Of a stretch of DNA of 64,000 nucleotides, positions 38,952 to 49,494 are shown in pieces. The stretch comes from Cirrosporium novae-zelandiae. Its lineage: Eukaryota. A program made the position numbers and the translations under genes. Location of the stretch: assembly GCA_026023565.1 (NCBI GenBank), contig JAPETS010000003.1, positions 930,001 through 994,000 of the forward strand, given 5' to 3'. Each line of letters opens with the position of its first letter. Positions within the stretch are counted from its first letter, which is position 1. Under the pieces are notes generated by a model. It was not told the origin of the DNA. It saw only the letters and a program-made list of their open reading frames with translations, and ran no database searches.

Positions 38952-41900
38952 TTACCAAACTCTCCGTTTCCTCAGGGGGGGGGCACTTGCTAATTGATTT
39001 GTTGTTGTTGCTTCATAGTTAGACTCTTTAGATTCTCCAAACTGGATTTCGTCCTCGGTGATATCATCTGATGAAGTACTTTCCAAGTCGCTCTCAACTT
39101 CATCTTCCGAATCATCGATATCGCTGTTTTCATTCTCCACTTCGTTCTCCATCGGTATTCGCGGTACTCTTCGCGCTAGGTCCCCCATGTAACCTTCTAT
39201 CCAAGAAAGGTCGCTTTCCTGACCTAATATAGACTTTGCACCATAAGACAACAGAATATCAAGCATTTTTTGAACATTCAACCCGTGGCTGGCCATCATA
39301 TTAGTGATGTACAAAGCTGAAGGGAGCTCCCCATTTGCATTGACATCGCATTCAGCTTCTAACAAAAGTCGCGCTATCTTCAGCTGAGGTGAAATAGAGA
39401 TGTCCCAATATTTATACTTTTTTTAGGTCAACCGTATATTCCAGTAGGCCGAAATATGCAGCTTGAAGAGCATTGTAACCTTCACATGTACCGATATTAA
39501 CATCTGCGTTTGATCGAAGCAACAATTCCACGATATCAATATTGCTGCCCCTGGCAGCTGCCATCTGTAACGCAGTTTCTTTATACCGTGATATAGGTAT
39601 ATTAACATCTATATTTGATTGAAGTAATAATTTTACCATATCAATATCGTCATTTCCAATTGCTTCAAGCAACGCACTTGGCCAAACATTTTCTTCTTTA
39701 AGTTCAGTATCGGTACGCTTCTCTATTAGCATTTTTACTAAATTTAACTTACCGCCAAAAGCTGCCGTCACCAGTGGTGAACTACCACTGCCAACAATGT
39801 TAATATGGTCTACGTCTTGGTCAACTAGGTATTCACATGTGTCCCAAAGTCTCAGTTCAGAAGCCATGTAAAAAGGAGAAAGCATAGAAGAATCTAACTG
39901 TTTGTGGATCATTTCAAGGTTTGGTGATGTTAAACCTTTACCAGAGACACACATATCTCTTATTGTCCTCTTGATCTTCTTATAGTCATTAGTCAAAGAG
40001 AAAATATCTAAGCCGTTAAAGGTCTCCTGTTTGTTTCCCACGACTATGCTTAGCCATTTGAGTGTTAGCACCCTTTCTTCGAAAACCGTGGCTATCAATT
40101 TAGGTGTAGGTTCAAGCGTAGTCTGATTCAGAAGTCGGGTATGTTGTACCCAGTATTCTGACGCATATTGGAGAAGTGGCGTCTTAATCGAGATACTAGT
40201 CCAGAATTTTTCCATAGAGCTCGTTAAATAATATTTGAGCCAGTCTCATAGAATAACAAACAAACTGAAGTATTGTTTTCACTCGCTTTTGAGATCTTTT
40301 ATCGATCCGGTTTAACATCCGAGTGTACGTTTCGTCCAAGGTTTCTGGAAGAGATTTGAGGGCTTCAAGAAGGTCGGCCTTGGTAACGCACTTCTTGATT
40401 TCGTCCATCTGACAGCTAACCCAGCGGAACCTGATAAGCAATTGTTTAGTTTATCAGTTTTCATATACTGTTGATTGAAAAAAAATTGATTTATAATTAT
40501 GATGAATGAAATGGGTCCTTACATTCCTTGAGCTTTACCCATTAATGTTTCCACAATCTCTCTCCGTATGTCATCCCCCAATTTGTTCAGTTGGTCGTTT
40601 TCAAGAATGTTTCTTTCGACAAAGTGTTTGATATCGGAATTAGCAACACATTCTTCAAGGCACATTTGCGTCGGAGTAATTAGTTCCAACCCCTCTCTAT
40701 TTCTATTTCCTTTCGGCTTGTTGTCAAGATGTGAAGACCATCAATCGCAGGTTTTTGTATTTTTTCAATAGCGCTCAACATCAATTCTCTTTCGGTACAT
40801 TCGTCAAGAGCGTCCAGGACAACGTAGCTCCGTTTCAGTAAAGATGCCAAGTTTTTAAATTCAAAAACGAGTTCGTTAATTGTTAGTTCGTTGAGGTCAG
40901 CTTCGCCCCTTTTCTTGTACAGCCTCTCCAGAGACTTTGGGATACCACTGCACTTATGACAAAGTTGACCGATCAAAGATCGCAACATGCCTCTACAGGT
41001 TTGCTTAGCCTTGATCTGGAAGTCGAAGTAAAAAAATACAACTGCGAGCTCGGATCTTTCTTCACAATCTTCACGGAGCGTTTAAATTATTGCTGAACTT
41101 CAATAAATAAATATTTGCACCAAAAAGCAGGAATCATTGAAATCTCGTCTAAATTATTGAAATCAGATTTCAACTAGCATAACAGAGCAAAGTTATTGTT
41201 TTACAATTAAATCTACTAACCTTAGGATGGTCTTTCCTGCTCCAGCTGTACATAGTATTAGCATAGTCCTACTCTGACGACAACATGTCTCACCTTTCCC
41301 ATGTAGCCATAAAAAAGAATAAGGACTGCTCTTCCATTCTTTGAATTCTTGCCGATCAAAGAACCAGTCACCTGTTTTATCTTGTCGTCGGTCACAGGCT
41401 GTGCTAAGGTTTTTAGAAGGATCAATATCAGGAGGGCTAATCCAGGTTATAATTCACCGTTTCCGCTCGCCTTATAAAGTTTCATGTCAGCACAGCACGA
41501 CCAAATAATAGATGAACGACAACATCATGTATAGAAACGAAGAACGTTTATGTCAACATACATTTTGAGCGGAATTCCTGATAGAGATCTTATAGTTACA
41601 AAAGCAAAGTTGGTTGATTGAAAAACATAAAAAAATTAATCTGTGGAGGATACCAATAATACTTCCAATTCAACTACACTTGAGTGTTCCATATAGGGCA
41701 GACATATATGAAGGGCATTCCTACTTACCCTCTTCCAGCTTCTCGGCCCATGGTGGCATCCTAGACACCTTTTCCGCTTTCAAAACCAAAAGAAGTTCTC
41801 TCGCATATGCTGTGGCCGTGAGGGCGGCATATTTATGCCAATCGTCATTTTTATGGGAGTCCGAATAGCCACAGATCCCTCGTATAACTAAACAAGGGAT

Positions 41901-42664
41901 ATTACCTATAAGACCAGCGGCTTCCATCTCAAAGCACAAGACATCTAAGTCTTCATCGTTTGCATATCGATCCCGATCATCAGCATCTTTCATCATAGAA
42001 TTGCCTGAGGCGATAAGTCCATAATGAATAATTATTTTTCCAGGAGTATTGCGGTCCTTCTCGCGCTCCACGGTAGGTAATCCAGCTTCCTTGCATTCCT
42101 TGCAAGTGAGTCCACCACGATGAGGGAAGTTTTTTTGATATAATATGTCCTCAGTCGGGCGTGTGTAGTACTCTGGCATGCTGGCTATTCTCTGCAAATG
42201 AGCTTCGACTCTACCGCATGTTTCAGGATCTTCGGTATCAGTCTGTACCAGGGTGACTGCGCCGAGCAACACTTTTGGGGGAGAGTCTAGTTGACCTACA
42301 CGCTCAAAGCGCCCATTGGGATATCTTTTCCCAAAATCATATTGCACGACCCCTCCGTGCCTTTTATCGGGCGTACTAACTACGACATCTCCCAATCGAA
42401 TATCTCTTTTGGTTGTTGGTGCGCCGCCACCGATTCCCACCATCAATGCAAACCTAAGATTATGAAAGGATCTGATCATGTCTTTAGCTACTGCAGTTGC
42501 CGAGCTGGTACCAATAGAGCCTTTTAGAAGACAGCCGATCACAATGAAGTGTTTGCCAATACTGCCATAAACATAGGTATTGTTATCATGAATTTCCCCT
42601 AGATCTGGACCATCAAATTTCCTATCTAGCATTCGACGTGCGACAATAAGCTCTTCTGGTAAGG
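38952..42664 (-). pseudogene. NLR-like gene: PNP_UDP phosphorylase + NACHT + ankyrin repeats; degraded
   Basis: PNP_UDP motifs LMVGIGGG, DIRLGDVVVS, IHYGLIASGN, CFEMEAAG and IRGICGYSDSHKND.W..YAA. Walker A WLHGKAGAGKTIL is split by introns; Walker B is VLDALDEC; FRWVSCQ and ankyrin TALQMAA are present. Lesions: stops at 41454-41456 (TGA) and 41082-41084 (TAA), frameshifts near 40690 and 39418-39424, and an apparent deletion near 40240. Confidence 0.9.
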
Positions 42665-42681
42665 CTAGATTTTTTGTTCAG

Positions 42682-42809
42682 CTGTACAGTAAATCAGGGG
42701 TTTCGTAGTAAAATTGGCTCTGCTGAGGTTTGTGTTGTGAGATCGTGGCCCGTGCGCACAGCTATTGCAGTTTCATCCCCCACAATATTACTCTAGACTT
42801 ACTGTACAG
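42682..42809. mobile_element. Possible Tc1/mariner-type MITE relic (~125 bp)
   Basis: The ends form an imperfect inverted repeat, CTGTACAGTAAATC ... GACTTACTGTACAG (13/14 match), which can be read as TA|CAGTAA...TTACTG|TA. Confidence 0.35.
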
Positions 42810-42860
42810 TTGTCACGTCACACCTCACTCTCACTGAGGCACTGACTGAGGCTTAGGTAT

Positions 42861-42910
42861 TTTCCTAGAGATTCTACCAAGTATTTCCTAGAGATTCTAC
42901 CAAGTATTTC
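42861..42910 (+). repeat. Perfect 23-bp tandem duplication
   Basis: tttcctagagattctaccaagta x2 followed by tttc. Confidence 0.9.
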
Positions 42911-43263
42911 ATCAAACACCCTATTAAATCGAGAAATCTACTGACTTTTGCATATTTAGATTTTTAATTCCAAGGTAATTAATTACTTGAAAACCCAAAC
43001 GCCCAGAGGCCCAATATCTAGCCTCGAGTTCCTTCCGTATGCGATGATTATACTATAATTAGGAAGAGCTTGGGAATCAAGAACGATGATTAGCAGAGTG
43101 ATATATTCTAGTTTGAATGCAGTATGTTATCCTAGCTAGGACCTCAGCATGCTTGGCTAGAATGCTGCCCGTGAGGCTCGGAGGCTTGGTAACAGTTACT
43201 TCCAGAACTTTTCTTCTAAGGTCTATATAAATATTGGATGCACTTGGAATCTTTAAGGTTATA

Positions 43264-46200
43264 TCACCAACCGTGGCTCACTTCCCAGGGGATTATATTG
43301 TCAGCGGATTTCCACCTCTTGATTCCTTTCTCGCGGCGGAGCTTGGCCTGCCGTCGTTTCAAGATCATCTTCGCTATCATCTGCATTCGAGCGAATCTAA
43401 TAGCCTCAACTTGATCCATTTCAAGCAAGTTCTGCTTTGCTTCCTCGAAGAGGCCTCGTCTTTCCAGCTTTTCTCGTCTTCGCTCAGTAATTTTCTTGGC
43501 AATCCTCTGCATTTGGGCAAACCTAGCCATCTCGTCTGTCTTCTTCAGGGTCTGGTTGGCCTCATCGAGGAGTCTTTGTTTCTTCTCTACTGCTAGGTCC
43601 TCAGATTCTCCAACATCTAGTAATTCTAGTCTGGCGACAAAGCCCATTAGAGTTCCTCTCAGCTCTTCGTATAGATAAATTCGAGCATTCGGATGATCCG
43701 GAGGGTTACTTTGAAAATGCTCGAATGAAGGTGCAAGCTTTTCATGAAACAGGGAAGCCATCGCTTCCAGGGGGTTTCTAACTTTCAAAACTTGGACCAT
43801 CGCGTCTATACTCGGTTCATGGACCGTCAGCTTCAATAGCAAGTCTGCCGCTGCATCCGAATCATCAAAGGTCCATCCTGCCTGTTCCGTGGTCTCTGCA
43901 TTCTCTTCTGTATCCACCCTTGCCGGTTCTATCAATCTTGTTAGTTCCATTAGTACTTCTGTTGTTTCAGAGATTTCGAGCTCTATCCATTTTCGTTCGC
44001 CAGGTTCGAGTAACGCAGAGAGAATCTCGAGTAGGTTGCTTGTTTCCTGGATGTGCGACTCAATACGCCTAGCTGCGAGAAGCAGTTCGCTAGTCTTAGA
44101 AGATGTGGCACGAATAACATAGCTCGTATTAAAGAGTTTAGTGTGGGTGGTCGTAAAGGCGGGTTCTGACTCAGCTGCTGGCCTTTTGGTTGGCGGTTGG
44201 TTTGTCATTGCAAGCTCATTGACTTCATCCGTGATCTTCATAAAGTTATCAAAGTCAGGCTTTGAAGGGGTGGACACTGCCTTGCCACGGAGCTCTCCTA
44301 TAACCTCTATAAAATCATCTGCGTCAGATTCCAAAGGAAAATAAAGTTCAGGCCTATGATTGTTGTTCAATGAAGAGAAGATGTATCTTTTTAGCTGTTG
44401 GAACCGAATAATATTGGGCGAGACCCGTGTTAACCATCCCTGGGATTGAAGATCGTCTGTAATAAATGCTGCCCATGCAGGAATCCTAAATATGTCAGAC
44501 TATATTTCTTTCTTGGTGGATCAAAAACATACGAGAATGCCAAGCTTGACTTATGATGGCCAGCCTCGAGACGGACAACCCCTGATAAGCCATCCTTGAA
44601 TATACGGAGCGGATATTCGTAGCCGTCTTGGGTAATTACCCTTTGAAATATTAGTTCATTATTCATCGTTTTCAGGACAACACCTAGCGCTACCCTCCGA
44701 AGTACTCTCGCTCCCCTTCTAAGAAAAAATCATCCGGGTTATTCGGAGGGTCCGAGTCGTCTGCTCGAAGAGCCAGGAGACTGCGATGGAATAGGACCAT
44801 TGCTTTTTACATAAAGTTAGCGTATACTTACCCCGTTAAGAATGCTGGAAGCCTACTTTCATAAGTTGAGAAGGTAAACTTCGCCCATGGATCCAGTGGA
44901 TTAAATTCAGCGGAATTCGTCCAGAGCAACAAACTCGACTGATCTCGGAGGATGCTGAGTTTCGAGAGGTGTTCGTGTTGAAAGACGATACGGCCATCTC
45001 TCGGCTTTGTGTAGACTACCAACGTGTCGCGCGGCTGAGGGCGGGAATACAACCGCACAGTAAGTCTTGCTCTGGGAAGATTCCTGTTTTTGAAACATTA
45101 GCAAAAAAAAGTTAGGCAGAATGCCTTGTCAAACTTGATATGTCAAGCCAGAGGAGATTGGATGGAAAAAATTGGCTCCATACATTTGAAATATATATAT
45201 ATACCCATTATCTGTAAAATTATCTACGGGGGTGGAATCATCTTCCAACAAACGGTGATCGTTTGTCTGGGATTCGTCCGGCAAGTGTGTATTCGGCCTC
45301 TCCATCAAGAAAAGTTTGCCCATCCAGTGATTAGTATGCCGGTGGCCAGCTGAAGCCCGCGCCAATTCATTCTTGGGTGATTCTATTGTAGTAGAAGAAC
45401 CATCGAGCGGAGACAAAGGAGAGCCTGCTTCATTGGATTGTTGTTCCACGATATCTGGTATCTCTTGGAGGACATCCGAGTTTAGACTGGAGCCAGAATC
45501 TCTCTCGTCAAGCGCAGCGTCTTCGTCCCTATCCTCCTCGGAAGAAGAAGCCCTGGCTCTATCGGAGTGCACCTCGCCTTCAGGCTCCTTTCCATTCCAT
45601 GGGAGAATAAAAATGGCTAAGCGTTGCATGTGGCGTGCTAAATGGCGTCTTAATTGGTGACCATCCTGAAGACAAAGTGGACATTGCTCGGTAGCACTAT
45701 TTGCAACTGGATGCTCACACATGTCGATTATTGTGGGCAACTGATTTTCGGAAAAGATGGTAGAGTGATCGGATTGCAAATGCTCTCCGAAGGCTGAGCT
45801 CGATCCAAATTTCTCCTGGCATGCACTACAATTCCACTCTCGTCTATGGACTTGGACCTCGTGAGCACGCCATTCATATCGACTACTAAACATATGATTT
45901 GGTTGGATGCAATCTTTGAATGTGCACCTTGGTACAATTAGTGACGTAAATACAAGTTGATGAGGGTTCTTACACATAAGGTTGAAGATCTTTGAAAACA
46001 TGGAGTCTACATGTAATTAGCAAATGGTGAAGTCAGAACGACGAAAAAACTACCTCCAAGAATATGAACCTTTCGTTGTCATAATTTCGAAGCAGTATGG
46101 GCATTCGAAAGGTTCACCATCCAAGGCGCCATCTGGTGGAGGGGGTATACGTAGTTCTTGCTCAGGAGCGCTAATGCTAGATGCTATAGAAGATGTTTCC

Positions 46201-47162
46201 GTTTGACTATCATCAAGGAGTGGTTCAATGTCTTCTTCTTTGAACGTTGTTACAGTCGTCTGGGTATTTTCAGTTTTTTGAAGTGTACTTACACTTCTTG
46301 GCTTTGATATTTGGCTGCGTTCCTCCGGTACTTCTACGCTTCGGGGTCGTTTCTCATCCTGAGACACAGAGATCTTAACAGGCTCGCCTGTTGTCGCCTC
46401 AATATTGTAAGATATCTTGCTGTGATGCCTGCGCATATACTCTAAAAGCTGCCGACGCCTTGTGTTAGCTTGTCCCAGGCGACATACCAAGTCTCGTCTC
46501 GCATGTGGATATAGTTCCTCCACATGCCGAATATCCCAATATTCAAAATAAGAGACATCAATAAGAGCCGACTTTAACAGTCGATCTCTAGGGGCAGGGT
46601 TGTGAATTGCTATAGAGAGCTTATATAGGCATGTTATGATTTCTTTGATATCCACAAGCCTCTGTGATATTTCGCTTAGTGGTTGAATAATAACAGGGAC
46701 TTCTGTTTGGGGGTCATTTTCCGAAGACGTGTCTGATGAATCAGTTTCGAAATCTTCATTGTCGAACGGTAGTCTTTCTCCTGAGAAGATGGCATTGACT
46801 GCATATAGTCAGGACACGTTTTCTCCACCTGCATACATCGGCCACTGCAAATTTCCGCTAATGATCATACCCTCATTCAAAGTTTGAATCAAGTCGTCCA
46901 AAAGATCGACAACGCTATTGAACATGTTTCTTGCCTCTCTAAGGCGATAGTCCAAGGAGACACGGCCGACACGATGAGCCCCAAGGTTACCTGCCCAGAC
47001 TCTGAATCGGCCCTGCTCATTCTGAAGGGCAGAAGCAGGAATTTCACTCTGAAAAGCAAAATCTAGACGCTGGCTGAACTCGCAGGCCTGCACGAAGGAT
47101 TGCGCGCATTCCTGGTAGCGTGTAGCGATCGAACCAGCAACATGAAGGCTAGTTGTAGACAT
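43264..47162 (-). CDS. Large multidomain protein (~1159 aa): N-terminal helical domain (RFRVWAGNLGA..SLDYRLR), C2H2 zinc fingers, several diverged C-terminal domains including a BAG-like one; 8 exons
   Basis: Exons 47162-46871, 46798-46054, 46006-45974, 45927-45184, 45083-44857, 44802-44694, 44640-44533 and 44485-43264 total 3480 nt. All introns are GT-AG and there are no internal stops. Fingers: FECPYCF..W..HV, PYVCTFKDC..HE..VH, CSAC..HL..DH and CPLC..HLARH. Confidence 0.85.
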
Positions 47163-47489
47163 ATCTTGGAGACGTAAAAGTCCACAATTGCTTTTCTACC
47201 TTGAGAGACGCGACACCTTGGATGGCGAATACTGTTAAGAATATATTCTCAAATGAAAATCGGGTTATGGGGCGCTTCCAGCCGGAACGAATGTTTAAAC
47301 ATGATCGTAAATCTGTCAGTTGCTTTTGCCCCACCCGGTTATCTGACCCGAGTAGTTCGTGGCTGTGCGTGGCTACTCCGTGCATGGATGGCAATCTTTC
47401 GGGGTAAGCATAAGGAACAAGATATAATCCATTGAAGAATATATTTTTGAATCTCAGTTACTACCTGATGGTTTTCGGTGACCTTCCAA

Positions 47490-49494
47490 ATGGCAGAGAC
47501 TGCTGGTCTTGTTCTTGGAGTTTTCCCTTTGGTCATTGAAGGGGTCAAGCAATATTTAGAGGGTGTCAGAACCATTAAAAGATGGTGGAAATACGCCTCG
47601 GTCTTAAATCACCTACTAAGAATTTTGAAGAGGGAGAAAGCAATTTTCGAGAATACGTGTGATCTGCTTCTTTGTGACTTAGTTCCTGCATCTGTATTGA
47701 ATGATCTGCTCCAGCAACCTGGTGGCGACTTGTGGAAAAATGATAGTTTGCAGGCGAAGTTGCAGCATAGGCTGGGACGAGGATTCGATACATATCTCGA
47801 TGCAGTCACAGATATGGCGGAGATTTTGGATTCCTTCAAGGCCAAACTTGATTTAAATGAAAATGGGAAGGTATGAATGTCTAGGCATACAATGACGACA
47901 AATACCAGTCAAAACTGACAGCCTCCATAATAATAGCCTAGATGGGTGGATTACAAAACTTACAAACGAGAATGGAAGCGAGTGAGATTAATTCTTTGCG
48001 AGGAAGAGAATGAAAGAGACTTGAAAAGAATTGAGAAGTATAACAAGGATCTACAAATTTTGTTGGATCAAGGCCTGAGGCTGCAATCCCTAAAGGACTT
48101 CAAAGCATCCAGGGCATGTTCTAATGCAAAACGCTATCAGCACGTCCGAGAGCATGCTAGGGGAGTTTACAATGCACTCAAAAGAAGCTTCAGTCTTCCG
48201 TGCGGATGTCAAATCCTACATAACGCAAGCCTCCAGCTTGAACATCGTGGTAGTATGTTATCTCCGGAGGTCGATAATAAGGAAGTCGACGCAAAAAGAC
48301 TACGTTTCCATATCATTTTGCATTTTGAATTGAAGTCTACCAATGTACAACCCTTGCCATGGCACTGGCATGAAACTACTATTGAGCCATTCGCGCTCCC
48401 TAATGATTCAAGCACGATTACTACAGAGCGCCCTCCAATAATGGCATCCGCTCAATCATTCCCGAATGGGAGCGTTGTTTCCGGGGCCGCTGCTGCTCCG
48501 GAGGCACCATGGACCAGTCACAACTCTACAAGTAATTTAAATGCCTGGCTTAGGTAGGCATGCGCACTCCGAAGAGCTAGGATTACTGCTAATTGGATTG
48601 TAATATAGAAAGAGTTCACCCAGTCGACCAGGGAGAGCACCAAGGAGAACGGTGACATTTACAGTACCAAACATAAAGCTGGGGCTAGACGACCCAAATC
48701 AACCATCTCAAAAGGTTCCAGTACGGTCGGTTGTAAAGCCAGAAAGAATTACACTTCTTTGCAAAGCGCTGCGTGAAATGAAAAAGGAGGCTTGTCTCGG
48801 TCTCCTTTCCGACGAACGACAGCAAGAGTACTGCATTAGTGTCATGAAATCAATGGTTTTTCAAGAGTCCTATGGACACGTGGTGTCTCTTGATAGCTTG
48901 CTATCTGAAACAAGAAGGCTGGAGAAGAAGGATCGTCTCGCTTTAGGCATCAAGATATGCTCAACTCTTCTGCAGCTTCATGGGACGCCCTGGCTTAGGG
49001 AAAACTGGAAAAAGTCGGACATATCATTCTCGGATAAGCAGAGCCATATCCTCGCCAGGCCTCTACTTACTAAAAATTTCCTGTGTGGGGAAAATAGTCA
49101 GCCTCCGGAGCAACTAACAAGCAGTCATCCCAGCCAAGAATTTCCACAGGTCCGAAACCAGATTCTCTTTACTCTTGGTATAGCTCTCATTGAACTTTGG
49201 TTCGGGAAGCGTCTCGAAGACCTTCGCATAGCGGCTGACAAGGGGATAAATGGTGAGGTAAATAGTATTACGGATTTTTCGGCAGCAAGGAGACTCTGCG
49301 AGGAAGTATATGACGAGGCAGGGGAATGGTATGGCGATGCAGTCAGGCGTTGTATATACTGTGAATTCGACCAGCGCGATAATAACCTTCATACAGACAG
49401 CTTAAAGGAAGCCATTCACCGAGGAGTCATTGTTCCATTGGAGGAAAACCTAAAGTCATTCTGTGGAGGTCAGTTGGATAATGTTCTATGGTAA
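47490..49494 (+). CDS. HeLo-like N-terminal domain + degenerate kinase-like C-terminal domain protein (~627 aa); exons 47490-47870, 47937-48553, 48609-49494
   Basis: The N-terminus MAETAGLVLGVFPLVIEG resembles HeLo/HELL-type first helices. The C-terminal R.ALG..LLQLHGTPWL..W...DI.F, LFTLGIALIELWFG and YGDAVRRCI resemble kinase C-lobe helices but lack HRD/DFG. Confidence 0.82.
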
